From assembly GCF_009914755.1 (NCBI RefSeq), contig NC_060941.1: a stretch of DNA of 64,000 nt. One strand, written 5' to 3'. The DNA comes from the human T2T-CHM13v2.0 reference genome, Homo sapiens. The notes under the pieces are model-generated. The model saw only the letters and a list, made by a program, of their open reading frames with translations, was not told where the DNA came from and made no database searches. Below are positions 30,656 through 51,102 of the stretch, in pieces. Numbering within the stretch: position 1 is the first letter of the stretch; every line of letters begins with the position of its first letter. The position numbers and the translations under genes are program-made.

Positions 30656-31078
30656 GTAATAGTTTTTTCAATCAGTGTTTTTAATGGTGTATGTGTATTT
30701 TAAAGACTCATTTAAAATTTAGCTGTATTAATTTTATATAGGATTCTCTAGGTCTTAATATTGCACTGGAATTGCTCTTTCACCATTGCTATAGTAAGCA
30801 TGCATAGTTATTTACATGATTTATGTAACTGCCATGTGAAAAAGAATTGGTGGTGGTGTGTTAATATTTTACATGTCCATAAGACTTTAATTTTAAAACC
30901 AGGCCATCTTTCCTAGTTTTTAAAAGATAAGGTATATAATTTTTCATTAAAAACTTGTTGGTTTTCTGCTGTACTAATTGTTTTGTTCAGACAAAGTAAT
31001 CCTATATTATGAATTTTCTGATGTTTGTTTAATTCCTGAGAAATATAGTGCTTTATAAATACACTTAAATGCAATGTA

Positions 31079-31698
<620 letters not shown>

Positions 31699-32241
31699 TA
31701 ATTAAGATATTGGAAGATGACTTGTTAGTTTACTTCAGAACTCTTATTTCTACTTTTAGGAAAACTTTGAATGGAAGGGTAATGGTAAATGTGAGAAAAT
31801 GCTTCTTGGGAATTGTCCTACTTTCCTATCCGTTTTTGGCAAATCTGAAAGTGTTAACTGCAGTTAACTATAACTCCATCAGGTAGAAGTTACTTACTAG
31901 AGTTTGCTCATTTCTCTGCAACAGTAGCTCTCAGTTATTTTTCTACCTTGTCATAACCAGCAGATACAATTCATAAGCAGCAGCATGCTAGTTACTTCCC
32001 TACATAAGGAAGATAGGCCATGTTTTCTCCCATTAATTCGTAATATACCTGTTCATGCCTCTGGATTGGGAATTGCTGCTCCATATGATTACCATCCTAA
32101 CTTGACTCCTGTAGCTAAACATAGTGATAGTAAGTGTGTTGTTAAAAGTTGTCAAAACAAAACAAAACAAAAAAAACAGGCCAGGCGTGGTGGCTCACGC
32201 CTGTAATCCGAGCACTTTGGGAGGCTGAGGCGGGTGGATCA

Positions 32242-32549
<308 letters not shown>

Positions 32550-32837
32550 CTAATACTCACTGAACCAGCCCTACATTTCCAGATGCAGTACTGCTTTTTG
32601 GCATCCTAAGCAGAGTTGTTTATATACCCTAGATTCTAGAGCAAGGGGGTTTGTGGAGGAAATTCCGTACAGCATGGACAAAGCTGACTACTTTGCCTTT
32701 CTGACTCAGTTGCAGGTAGAGCTGGTAAACCCTGGCCAGGTTGTACTTTACTGCACAAGGATAGGAACCAGTAGTAGTGAAAGTGTAATTTTACGTCTTT
32801 TTAAAGGACACTCTTTCATTTTCTTTCCCTCTTTCAG

Positions 32838-33091
32838 CGACATGGTATGCTTAAGCAACAGGATCTAAGTATTGCCATGGTGGTGACATCACGCGAAGTC
32901 CTGAGTGCACTTTCTCAGCTTGTCCCATGTGTTGGTTGTCGTCGCAGTGTGGAGCGTCTCTTTTCCCAGCTTGTAGAGTCTGGAAATCCTGCTCTTGAAC
33001 CCCTAACAGTAGGGCCCAAGGGAGTCCTGTCTGTAACTAGAAGCTGCATGACTGATGCAAAGAAGCTTTATACATTATTTTATGTACATGG
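32838..33091 (+). CDS. GGNBP2: GGNBP2 coding exon
   Basis: 254 nt, RHGMLKQQDL...PCVGCRRSVE...LFYVHG, phase 0-2. Confidence 0.94.
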
Positions 33092-33189
33092 GTAAGTATA
33101 ATCAATTAGGAGAAAATGGGTTTGTTAAAATTTAAAACAGCTTGGTGACAGTGGCAGCTTATTTTCTTGATGGAAAGATTGAGTCTGAT

Positions 33190-35550
<2,361 letters not shown>

Positions 35551-36527
35551 GATTCTAGATTGGTTAATTTTTATTTAGCTTTTATTCTATCTTATTTATT
35601 AATTTTTTTGAGACAAAGTCTCACTCTGTCTCAAGCTGGAGTGCAGTGGTGCAATCTTGGCTCATTGCTACCTCCGCCTCCCAGATTCAAGTGATTCTCG
35701 TGCCTCAGCCTCCTGAGAAGCTGGGATTACAGGCGTGCACCACCACACCTGTCTAATTTTTGTATTTTTTTTAGCAGAAATAGAGTTTCTCCATGTTGGC
35801 CAGGCTGGTCTCTTAACTCCTGGCCTCAGTCTCCCAAAGTGCTGGGATTACAGGTGTGAGCCACCATGCCTGGCCTCATTTTAAAATTTTCTGTAGAGAT
35901 GAAAATTTTGCTATGTTACCCAGGCTGGCTTTGAACTCCTGGCCTCAAGTGATCCTCTTACCTCAGCCTTCCAAAGTGCTGGGATTATAGGCATGAGCTA
36001 CTGCACCAGGCCTGATTCTAGATAATATTTAAAAGGTAGAATTGGCAAACTTTGCTCATTGGTTGGATGGAAGGTGCGGATAGTAGTAGTGTGTATTCCA
36101 TATTTGCATAAAAGTTCTGTTGATGACTCCTCTTCAAGGATGTATTGTGTTTACATAATGTTTTGTGAGGTTTTTATATATTTTTTAAAGACATGGGATC
36201 TCACTATGTTGCCCTGGCTGGTCTCAAACCCTTGGGCTTAAGTGATCCTTTCACCTCGGCCTCCCAAATAGCCGGGACTACAGGTGTGTGCTTCTGCAAC
36301 TGGTGTATTTACATAATGGCTGGGCAAGGGAAGATGGCTGAGAGTCAGGTAGCAGTCAGTGTTGAAATAACGTGAGTGCCAGGCACACTGCTAGATACAG
36401 TGGGGATAGAGAAAAGTGGTTTTTTTGTGTTTTGTTTTGAGACTTCTCTCTAAAAGACAGTAAATAGAGATTTTAAAATTTGAAAGTAAAATGAATTAAA
36501 CCCTTAATATGTTTTATTTTTAATTAG

Positions 36528-36626
36528 GTCCAAACTAAATGACATGATAGATGCTATTCCAAAAAGTAAGAAGAATAAGAGATGTCAGTTGCACTCCTTA
36601 GATACGCACAAGCCAAAACCTTTGGG
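36528..36626 (+). CDS. GGNBP2: GGNBP2 coding exon
   Basis: 99 nt, SKLNDMIDAIPKSKKNKRCQLHSLDTHKPKPLG, phase 2-2. Confidence 0.93.
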
Positions 36627-36873
36627 GTAAGTAGAATTGAATACCAAGAGGCTTTGTCATTGTTAAGATTATATATTTGATCATATTTAGTAAAAGAAAT
36701 AAACCCACTGTTTGCTTTAATTCATTAATTGGTTATACTCTATGACATAGGTCAAAATAAATAGATCCTCTTGTTATGTTGGCCATTTTGCCTTGATATA
36801 TATAAAGTCTCAATGTAGATCTGATTTAAAAAAATTTTTTTATGTTAAATATGTTTTAGAGGAGGGAGGTTGA

Positions 36874-37002
<129 letters not shown>

Positions 37003-37361
37003 TGAGTAGCTGGGACTACAGGTGCGTGCCACCACACCTGGCTAATTTTTGTATTTTTAGTAGATATGGGGTTTCACCCTATTGGCCAGGCTGGTCTCGG
37101 ACTCCTGACCTCAGGTGATCGCCCACCTCAGCCTCCAAAGTGCTGGGATTACAGGTGTGAGGCACCACACTCGGCCGGTTGAAGTCTTTATGGAAATGTA
37201 TGCAGCTAATATGAACGTTTTCAAAGTAGTGGTAATCATTATTTGATCTACAGAATAGTCATAATGTATAAATTATTTATCTTTCTTGTCTCTAGCTGTA
37301 ATTTACCAAGGTTTTAAAAAAAGTAGTTATGACGATATTATGACAATATGTATTTATGTAA

Positions 37362-37583
<222 letters not shown>

Positions 37584-38459
37584 TAGCCAGGATGGTCTCG
37601 ATCTCCTGACCTCATGATCCGCCCACCTCGGCCTCCCAAAGTGCTGAGATTACAGGCGTGAGCCACCGCGCCCGGCCTATTTTATTTTTTAAGCAAATAT
37701 TGCCTGATAATAATTTGTAGTTTTCTTCTTGATTAAGTGCTATAGTGTCCAAGGCTGCTTTTTCACTTTCTCCCAGCACAGTGCCATAGTTGTCCCCTAC
37801 AAAATTGCCTGGGGGTGGGGATAGTGAGGCGAAGCCATGGAGTGTGAAGGGACTTTCTAAGACGTGACTTTAGTTTTGGAGAGAATGGGATATTAAAAAA
37901 CTATACTTCTTTATTAATTTTATCTTTTAATTATTTTTTTGAGACACAGTCTTGCTCTGTCACTCAGGCTGGAGTGCAGTGGTACGATCTCAGCTCATGC
38001 AACCTCTGCCTCTTGGGTTCAAGCAATTCTTGTGCCTCAGCCTCCTGAGTAGCTGGGATTACAGGTGTTCGCCACCACTCCTGGCTAATTTTTTTGGATT
38101 TTTAATAGAGACGGGGTTTCGCCATGTTGCCCAGGCTGATCTCAAACTCCTGGCCTCAAGTGATCTGCCTGACTTGGTCTCCCAAAGTGCTGGGATTACA
38201 GGCGTGAGCCACTGCACCTGGCCTCTGAAAAGTTAATTTTTAAATATCTCATTTGTGTCATTGTCACCTTTTTTTGATTTTTTTTTTTTTTTTGACCTGA
38301 ACTTCCGAGTTACACCATTATTGTATAGACATTTTCCTCCCTGACACAAAGACTTGGATGACCAGGCAGTGGTATGTTAATAATCTATTAAGTTTTTTTC
38401 CCCTATACCGAGCAACAAAAAATATTTAAAACATTTTATCGGCCGGGTGCAGTGGCTCA

Positions 38460-39053
<594 letters not shown>

Positions 39054-39449
39054 TTATTAGTAAAATTGTCAAACATAGAAAAGTAAAAAATACAATGATT
39101 GAACCTCCCATGCACTTTTACCAAGATTTAGTAGTAATCAAGAGTTGCCACACTTGCTTCATTTATCCACCTTTTTCTTTGTATTTTAAAGCAAGTCCCA
39201 GGCTTCGTGTTACTCTATTGCATCCTTCCACATGCATCTCTAAATATATGGACATTTTTTTTCACACATTGCCATCATAACACCTAACAAAATTAAGTGT
39301 AACAATCGAATACCCAGTTCATACTTAGATTTTACCTGTTTCTGGTTTTTTTTTTTTTTTTGAATGTTGGTTTGTATGAATCAGGATCCAAACAAGAACC
39401 ACACATTATGTTCTTGTAGCCTGAAGAAAAGAAGTTTTCTTAAGGATAG

Positions 39450-39818
<369 letters not shown>

Positions 39819-41390
39819 TAAAAATTTTTTATTTTTTATTTTTTCATCAGCTCATTCTTCCTTCTCAGATTTGTCAGTAGCTTCAGAGAATTTCTGACTC
39901 TAAATGCAGAGTACAGGCTAATTTTTCACATTAGAGATGACCTGTTGGCTGAAGGCCTAAAGTGGTATGATACAGTAAAGAGCTTGCCTTCTGGTGCTTT
40001 TTTTCTGTTAAGCATATTCTTTGTTGATGAACTGAGAAGCAAGTAGCCCAGCATTTTATGCATCTGTGTTCATTGCTGCCTTCCTTCAAAGACCAATCCT
40101 TCCACTCTTGCTCTGCACTCCATTTTCTTTGTTTTCAATCACTTTGCTTATTCAGTTACCTACTTTTGTTAAATTTACATTCAGCTCTGTTTTCCTATCT
40201 TTCAGCTTAAGAAACAAAACAAACCTCCACAGATTTTACATCCCCTTCTAGCTACAGTTCCACTACATGGGAAGTCATATGTTTTAGAAGGCTGTTTGCT
40301 GAGTATGGAATCAGTGTGAATGGACTTAATTGATCTTAAGTGGTGTCTGTCTCTTGATTAAGGTAGCTTCAGTTATTCCCACAGGCCACATAGAATAGCA
40401 GGCTAAGCAGTACAGTATGCTTAGCCAAGGCTCCCTCTCCCTTGGATGGTCACCACTATTAAATGCTACTATGATTCTCCATTTTATGTATTTCCACTCC
40501 CCCTCCTGCTGCTACATCCCCACCCCCCATAGCTTTTTTAATTTGTTTAGTCTATTTCCAGAGAAAGTATAATACAGTTGATTAGGTTTTAGCCTAATAA
40601 ATAGAAATCTAGGTCAGCCTTTCTGAGAGTATTCTCTCATCTATGCAAGTAAACCCAGGTTATTGTCTGTCTGGGAGTAAGTTTGAGATCTGGAAGAAAG
40701 ATCTAGGCTGGAGTTGTAGGCCTGTAGTTTATCTTAGAGAATGTTATGTAAGATCACCTAAAGGGAAAGAGAGTAAAAGAATTCTGAGGAATTTAATGGT
40801 AGAAAAGAAATTAGTAAAGAAACCTGAGAAAGAGTAGCCAGATAGGTAGAAGGAAGCCAAGGTGTAAAAGCGTTCCAAGGAAGTCTGATCAACTATATTA
40901 AATGCGGCCAAGTTATCAAGGACCCAAAAGTGGACATTGGATTTAGTAACAATGAGATAATTGGTGATCTTGAAGAGCTGAGCTAGTGATTGAGTGGAAG
41001 CAGAATCCAGGTTGCAATGATTGAAAAGTGAATGCAATGTAAGGTTGTCATGGATTAAGCTGTGAATGGAGAGTATGGGAGCAGAATCAGAAAGTGGAAA
41101 GGTTATTTTTTTGGAAAGTTTGATCTTAAAAGAATAATAGAAGGCATAAGGTCTAGAATGTTTATAAATAAAATCCTGATTTGAGATACAGATTTTTTTT
41201 ATAGAGCTTTTTTTTAAAAAAAAAATGCCTTCACATTCTAATGATATAATAATCATTCTTTAGCTGATTTCTCTTTATGAACCTTTCCCTCAATTATGAG
41301 AGCTTGAGTTTGAGAGTTTTTCAGTTCTGGGAAATTATGCATTATACTGATCAAGTATAGTTAATAAAAGGGGCTGGGCGGGGTGGCTCA

Positions 41391-41737
<347 letters not shown>

Positions 41738-43419
41738 CTAAACCTTGGCCTGAGCCCTTGTGAGAGGGAGTACAGAGCTGAATTGTGTGGATAACTTACA
41801 TTTTAGGCAGAGGGTTGAGAAATACCCATTTAGCTACATAGAGTAAGTTAAAAGTTCAGAGGTTTTTCCGTCTCTGGCGTCCAAGGTGTAATGAATTCCT
41901 TGGACTGTACTGAGACCTGCAGAAGAACAGACAGGAGCCAGTTGTTCAGAATCATGAAAAATCAAGAAGGCTGTGATTGAATGGAGTGTAAACCCACATT
42001 TCCCTTGGAATGCAGGTCCAAGATAAATGTGCTGCAACAAAGCAAAATGTGTGGCAATTTTCATACTGAAGTTGAACCCTGTTGGGGAGGGAGAGTGGGA
42101 AGTTTTTAGTAAGTTTGTTAAAAAATTGTATAGGGCTGGGCTTGGTGGCTCACGCCTGTAATCCCAGCCCTTTGGGAGGCTGAGGTGGGTGGATTGCTTG
42201 AGCTGAGGAGTCGGAGATCAGCCTGGGCAACATGACAAGACCCTGCTGTCTCTACTTAAAAAATACAAAAAATAAAAAAATAAAAATAACCTGGTGTGGT
42301 GGTACACGCCTATGGTCCTAGCTATTCGGGAGGCTGAGGTAGGAGGATCACTTGAGCCCCTGCAGGGGTGGGGTTGCACTGAGCCAAGATCACGCCACTG
42401 CATTCCAGCCTGAGTGACAGAGCGAGAATCTGTCTCAAAAAAAAAAAAATTACCACATAGTTCTTATTAATTTAGGCTGTATAAAGTGTTCGTCTTAGTG
42501 TACTATCTTTTAGTAAATGTAAAACTTATTCACTGTAATTAATCTATGACCTTCCCAGCTACTTATACATGTGAAGGTAGATGATAGTTTTGTTACCATG
42601 GTTTAGCTTTAAAAAGGAGTGATTACAAAAAAAAAATTGAGCTGAGCATGGTGGCTCACACCTGTAATCCCAGTGCTTTGGGAGGCTGAGGTGGGAGAAT
42701 GGCTTGAGGTCAGGGGTTTGAGGCCAGGCTGGGCAACATAGTAGAGACCTTGTCTCTACAAAATAAAAGTAAAAAAAAAAATTACTTGATGATGATCTCA
42801 TTAAGTAGATCAAAACTTCTTAGAATTTTCAATTTGTGGAAGATTGGTCTGTGTTTAAAAGGGAAAATACTTGATAATTTTTTCGGTCATTTTGACTTTA
42901 GAACATTCCAACTATATTTGCTCATAGAATACTTAGTTTATTAACCAGTTGCTCTCTTGATAACTACAGATGTTGTTAAATTGTATCAGATAAACTTGAT
43001 AGTCAAGCAGAAGTTTTTATATAAAGATATGAGCACACATTTAAATGAACGTTATATTAATATAAAGTGAGTATGTAATCATATAATTTGTAAACATGTT
43101 CTAATATCTTAATCATTAAAGTGTTCATGATTTTAATTTAGACTATAGAAATTATTTCTTCAGATTATCTCAGTGTCACTAAGCTTTGTACTATACTACG
43201 GTGAAGGGAGCAGTAGCAGTGTCAGTTCAGAGAAGTTAAGTACAGATGAGAAATAGTGAAGGCCACAGGAAGGACGGCAAGTATAGGATCATTTTCCATT
43301 ATGGACGTTTCCAGGGAACAGCCAGGTAAAAACAAGCAATACTTTAATCTGTTTTTTGTTTTTTTAAGGTTTTACCCTTCTGTATTCTCCCTTTTCACTA
43401 ATATTTGTTCTTTCTACAG

Positions 43420-43533
43420 AGGTTGTTGGATGGATGTATGGGAACTAATGTCGCAGGAATGCAGGGATGAAGTAGTTTTAATTGACTCGAGTTGTCTTTT
43501 AGAAACACTAGAAACATATCTGCGAAAACACAG
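43420..43533 (+). CDS. GGNBP2: GGNBP2 coding exon
   Basis: 114 nt, GCWMDVWELMSQECRDEVVLIDSSCLLETLETYLRKHR, phase 2-2. Confidence 0.94.
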
Positions 43534-43680
43534 GTAAGTCTGATGGTTGTTCCAGTATAATGTGGAAGGTGCCTTATGTGTCAGTCACCTAGAGTGGCCT
43601 GTCACTGAACTCCTTTGTATAATAGCATTCTAGCCTTCCCTTTAATACTTGGCACTAGGCGGAGCTTAATATTAGAGTAG

Positions 43681-43961
<281 letters not shown>

Positions 43962-44954
43962 TGAGCCACTGCGCTTGGCCAAAGCAGTTGCTTTATGGGA
44001 TGACTCTCAGGGTTAGCCTTCTTGTGTTAAGCCAGCATCTCCTATTTTGTGATTTTTTTTTTTTTCTTTTTGAGACAGAGTTGCACTCTGTCACCCAGGC
44101 TGGAGTGCAGTAGCGAGACCTCGGATCACTGTTCCCTCCGCCTCCCGCGTTCCAGCGGTTCTCCTGCCTCAGCCTCCTGAGTAGCTGAGACTACAGGCGC
44201 ATGCCACCACGCCCGGCTAATTTTTGTATTTTTAGTAGAGACGGGGCTTCGCCATGTTGTTCAGGCTGGTCTCGAACTCCTGACCTCAGGTAATCCATCT
44301 GCCTCGACCTCCCAAAGTGCTGAGATTACAGGCATGAGCTGTGCCCAGCCTATAATGGCATTTTCAAAATTAAATTAGTAGCTTTTTACTTAATATTTGA
44401 AGTATTTCTTCTGTCATTATCAGGACCCCAAAAGAGAGTTGATATTCATGTGTTTTGTTACTATAAAAGTAACTTCAGATTTTTCTTTATAGAACACTAC
44501 TTTTACAAAGGAATTTTCTTTTTTTTTTTTTGAGACGAAGTCTCGCTCTGTTGCCAGGCTGGAATGCGCTGGCTCGATCTCGGCTCACTGTAACTGCTGA
44601 CTCCCTGGTTCAAGAGATTCTCCTGCCTCACCCTCCCAAGTAGCTGGGATTACAGGCACATACCACTGTGCCCAGCTAATTTTTGTATTTTTAGTAGAGA
44701 TGGGGTTTCACCATGTTTGCCAGGATGGTCTCAGTCTCCTGACTTGTGATCCGCTCTCCTCAGCCTCCCGAAGTGCTGGGATTACAGGTGTGAGCCACCG
44801 TGCCTGGCCTACAAAGGAATCTTCTAAGTGTCATTAACATTTGGAAATTCATAGGGAGGAGACTCCAGTAGAAAAGGAAACTGGTGGGCAGGGTGCGGTG
44901 GCTCACGTCTGTAATCCCAGCACTTTGGAAGTCTCAGTCAAGTGGATCACCTTA

Positions 44955-45194
<240 letters not shown>

Positions 45195-46161
45195 CTAGAG
45201 ATGGTGTTCTTGGGGCAGTTCTACTGTTTAAATTTGTTACAAGTTGCGTTTGTGGTTGTATGTCCTTTGACTTTGAGGCAGATATACACAATTATTTTGG
45301 GAGTGCCTCTAAAAATCAAGTGAATGATAAAAACTGGTGTCATTACTTTATGTGGCAGTAAGCTAATGACTTCGCCCGCATACCAAGTTTATTGGTGTTT
45401 TTCTTTTTTCAATTAAAAACTTTCTTTCTTTGCCTTTTTGGTGGATTATGCCCAAGAGAGTAGAGAATGTGTCACTTACTTGGAGTTTTACAGGGACTAT
45501 ACAGACACAAAACATATATCCTTCCTCTTTAAATATGAATTGATCCTCCCAAAAGATAGTTTTTGCAGGTGATAAATGACAAGTTATTAGAGCACATGTT
45601 TTGGAGTTTCTTATAATGGTTTTGTAGATTTTCCTATGTTTAGGGTTAGTGTTTTAACATTTTTAGATGGATTTTAGTCCATTTTACAGATATCTTAACG
45701 GTTGTGAGAAAGTATGGTTGAGAGTAATAATAATTAAGGCAGTGAGTGATGAATTTAGGGAGATTGTATTGCATCTGGATTCTACTAATTGTAACTGTAC
45801 AAGTTAGTTGACTTTCTGTGCCTCAATTTTTGTCTTCTTTAAAACAAACATAGGCTGGGCATGGTGGCTCACAACTGTAGTTCCAGCACTTTGGGAGGCC
45901 AAGTCAGGTAGATGGTTTGAGCTCAGGAGTTTTAGACCAGCCTAGACAACATGGTAAAACCCCGTCTCTACAAAAAAGCAGAAAAATTAGCTGCCATGGT
46001 GGCACAAACCTGTAGTCCTAGCTACTGGGGAGGGTGAGGTGAGAGTATCACTTGAGCCCAGGAGGTTGAAGGTGCACCATGATCACAGTGGCCGTGATTG
46101 TACCACTGCACTCCAGCTTGAGCAACAGAGTGAAACGCCATCTCAAAAATAATAAAAATTA

Positions 46162-46734
<573 letters not shown>

Positions 46735-46805
46735 CTACTGCACTCAAGCCTGGGTGACAGAGTGAGACTCTGTCTCAAAAGAAAAGTATTACGGTAGAAC
46801 ATCGG

Positions 46806-46847
46806 CAGATACTACACTTGATCTTAGTCAAAAGGCTGAGACGTGAT
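46806..46847 (-). pseudogene. 3'-truncated U2 snRNA retrocopy (U2 nt 1-42)
   Basis: ATCACGTCTCAGCCTTTTGACTAAGATCAAGTGTAGTATCTG, 38/42 to U2 5' end as recalled; flanking direct repeat AGAACATC. Confidence 0.9.
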
Positions 46848-46906
46848 AGAACATCATTAGAAATGAGGTGTTAATAAACTGAAACCTCTGCCTTAAGGGT
46901 TTTTTA

Positions 46907-47050
<144 letters not shown>

Positions 47051-47379
47051 CTAATCTCAGCACTTTGGGAGGCGGAGGTGGGTGGATCACAAGGTCAGGA
47101 GTTCAAGACCAGCCTGGCCAACATGGTGATACCCCGTCTCTACTAAAAATACAAAAATTAGCCGGGCTTGGTGGCGTGTGCCTGTAATCCCAGCTACTCA
47201 GGAGGCTGAAGCAGGAGAATCACTTAACCTGAGAGGTGGAGGTTGCGGTGAGCCAAGATTACGCCATTTGCTCTCCAGCCTCGGCAACAGCAAGACTCCA
47301 TCTCACAAAAAAAACAGGCCGGGTGCCATGGCTCACGCCTGTAATCCCAGCACTTTGGGAGGCCGAGGCGGGCGGATCA

Positions 47380-47658
<279 letters not shown>

Positions 47659-49877
47659 TTAGCTGGGCGTAGTGACACACCTGCAGTTTCATCTACTCGG
47701 GAGGCTGAGGTGGGAGGATCACTTGAGCCCAGGAAGGTTGAAGGCTGCAGTGAGCCATGATCATGCCACTGCACTTCAGCCTGGGTGACAGAGTGAGACT
47801 CTGTCTCGAAAAAAAAAAGTTTTAAAAAAGTCATATGCAATGCTGCTTTTGCAAATGGGAAAAAAGCTTTTACGGCTTTTATATCCTATTTTTAACTTGC
47901 TATTTACTTATGCTTATAGTTGTACAATCAAACATATATTAAACTACTATGAGAGTATAAAGCAGTAAAATAGGGGGAAAATATTTCAAGTTTTATTATT
48001 GTTCTCTTTGATATTTGACCATTTAATTACCTGAAAATGTGAACTTGCTGTTTATAACCTGAAAATGTGGAAGTATTTGTTGTTATTTCTGTGTCCGTTT
48101 TTTCTCTCCTAAAGGAGAGACTTTCTGTTCCTGCGCGCGTATGTGTATATTTTAAAAGAACACAAAATAAGGCTAAGCACAGTGTCTCACAGTTCAGCAT
48201 TTTGGGAGACTGAGGTGGGCGGATTGTTTGAGCCCAGGAGTTCAAGACTAGCCTGGGCAACATGGCCAAACCCTGTCTCTCCAAAGAATACAAATATTAG
48301 CCATGCGTGGTGGCACACACCTGTAGTCCCAGGTACTCAGGTGGATGAGGCGGGGAGGGTCACCTGAGCCTACTAGGGAGGTTGAGGCTACAGTGAGACA
48401 AGAGTATGCCACTGCACTCCAGCCTGGGCAACAGAGTGAGACCCTGTCTCAAAAAACCGTGAAACATAAATTTACCTTTCAAACAGTTTTTAAGTGTACA
48501 TTATAATTTTGTTAACTATATGCACATTGTTGTACAACAGATCTCTAGAACTTTTTCATCTCAACTGAAACTATACGCATTGAACAACACCTTTTTTCTC
48601 CCCTCACCCCCTAGCAACCACAATTCTTCTTTCTGTTTCTGAGTTTAATTATTTTAGATAGCTCATATAAATGGGATAATGTAGCACTTGAATTTTTGTG
48701 ATTGGCTTATTTTACTTAGCCATTATCTAAGACAATACTTAGATAATGTCTAAGATTCATCTATGTTGTAGCATATGACAGGATTCCCCTCTAAAAGCTG
48801 AATAATGTCACAATACTGTGACATTATTTAAAAATGGGCAGTGTCATAGTATATGTGATATTATTCACTTTTCTTTTTTCTTTTTTTTTGAGACAGTCTC
48901 GCTCTGTTGCCCAGGCAGGGGTGCAGTGGCTTGATCTCGGTTCACTGCAACCTCCGCCTCCCGAGTTCAAGTGATTCTCCTGCCTCAGCCTCCTGAGTAG
49001 CTGGGATTACAGGCACACACCACCACACCTGGCTAATTTTTGTGTTTTTAGTAGAGACAGGGTTTCACCTTGTTGGTCAGGCTGGTCTTGAACTCCAGAC
49101 CTCAAGTGATCCATTCGCCTCGGTCTCCCAAAGTGCTGGGATTACCGCACCTGGCTATTCACATTTCTTTGTCCATTCATACATTGATGGACATTGAAGG
49201 TTGCTCTCACATTTCGCCTGTTGTCAATAAATGCTGCAGTGAACATGAGTGTGCAAATATCTCTTCAAGATCCTTGCTATCAGTTCTTTTGGATATATAC
49301 CTAGAAGTGGGATTCCTGGATCGTATGGTAGTTTTATTTTGAAGAACTTCCGTACCGGTTTCCATAGCAGCTGTACCGTTTTATATTCCTGCCAGCAGTG
49401 CATAAGGGTTCCAATTTCTTCACATCCTCAGTAACACTTGTTATTTGTTGTTGTTGTTGTTTTGATAGTGGTCATTCTAGTTGGTTTAAGGTGATATCTC
49501 ATTGTGTTTTTGATGTGCATTTTCCTGATGATTAGTGATGTTGAGCATCTTTTCATATGTTTGCTGGCCATTTGTATATAATCTTTGGAGAAATGTCGAT
49601 TCATGCTTTGCCCATTTATTTATTTACTTTTAAGTTATTTTATTTTTTTGACAGGATCTTCTTTGTTGCCCAGGCTGGAGTGCAGTGGCATGATCACGGC
49701 TTTGCCCATTTTTAAATTAAGCTATTTTTTTTGTGATTGAGTTCTAGTGGTTCTTTATATTCTGGCTATTAACCCCTTATTCAATATATGGTTTGCAAAT
49801 ATTTTTTCCCATTCTTTGGGTTGCCTTTTTACTCTGTTGATCATCTTTGCTGTGCCAACGTTTTTAAGTTTAATGCA

Positions 49878-50159
49878 TAGTCATGTGCTATGTGATGACA
49901 TTTTGGTCAGTGATAGACCACATATATGACAGTGGGCCCGTAAGATTATAATGGAGCATACTGCGTTGCAGATCAAGTAGAGGAAATGATTAATATTCAG
50001 TGATGGTGCTGGGACATTTGGTTTTCCATGTGAAAAAAATATAAATAAAAATATGTATACTACCTAGGTTTGTGTAAGTACACTCTGATGTTCGCACAGC
50101 AACAAAATAGCTAACAATGCATTTCTCAGAATGTGTCCCATTGTTAAGTGACACGACTG
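49878..50159. mobile_element. Tigger3/MER7-type DNA transposon MITE
   Basis: Ends tagtcatgtg... and ...gacacgactg-TA; internal cccgtaagattataatggagc. Confidence 0.7.
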
Positions 50160-50164
50160 TAGTC

Positions 50165-51102
50165 TTTTTTTTTTTTTTCAGGCTTAATTCACTTTATTTT
50201 TCTTGTATAAAAACCCTGTGTTGTAGCCACAGCTGGAGCCTGGGTCCTCTGCATGGAGACTCTGGTGTGGGTCTTGACGAGATGGTCAGTGAATTCCTGA
50301 CAGGAAGACTTGATGAATACAGTCTCCTTCCAGAGGTCGGGGGTCAGGTAGCTGTAGGTCTTAGAGATGGCATCAAAGGTGTCCTTGGTATAGTTACCCA
50401 GGGCGGCAGTGTAGCCCCTGGCTAAGGTGTAGCAGTCATCAATACCAGCCATCATAAGCAGCTTCTTGGGTACAGGCACTGAGACGATGCCAGTGCCTCT
50501 GGGCGTAGGGATGAGGCGCACCAGCACAGAGCCGTGGTGGCCTGTCGGCTTGCAAGGGATGGTGTGGGGCTTGCTGATCTTGTTCCCCCAGTAGCCTCTG
50601 TGCACAGGGACAATAGAGAGCTTGGCCAGGATGATGGCCCCGTGGATGGCAGTGGCCACCTCCTTGGAGCACTTAACACCCAGACCGATGTGGCCATTGT
50701 AGTCCACGATGGCAACAAACATCTTGAACCTGGTGCGCTGGCCGGCACGGGTCTGCTTCTGCACTGGCATAATCTTCAAAACCTCGTCCTTGAGAGAGGC
50801 CCCCAGGAAAAAGTTAGTGATCTCAGATTCCTTCATGGGCAGGGAGAAGACATACATCTCCTCCAGGGACTTGATCTTCATGTGCTTGACCAGGCGGCCC
50901 AGCTTGGTGATAGGCATCCACTCTTTATCCTCGGCCTTGCCTCCATGAGCTCTGCGGCCTCAGCCGCGGCCTCAGCCCCAGCCCCGGCCCCGGATGCCAC
51001 TGCCGAAACCTCCACGGAAGCCACTGCATTTCCCCATCCCAGGCGATCCCCACCACCGGCTGCCACCAGCATCATCTGCCATTTGGTGTTTTCTCAGAGA
51101 AG
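50165..51102 (-). pseudogene. Processed RPS2 (uS5) pseudogene in GGNBP2 intron
   Basis: Intronless RPS2-like sequence from 5'UTR/ATG (51082) to AATAAA and poly(A); two in-frame TGA at 50974-50972 and 50962-50960; native stop changed to CAG. Confidence 0.95.
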
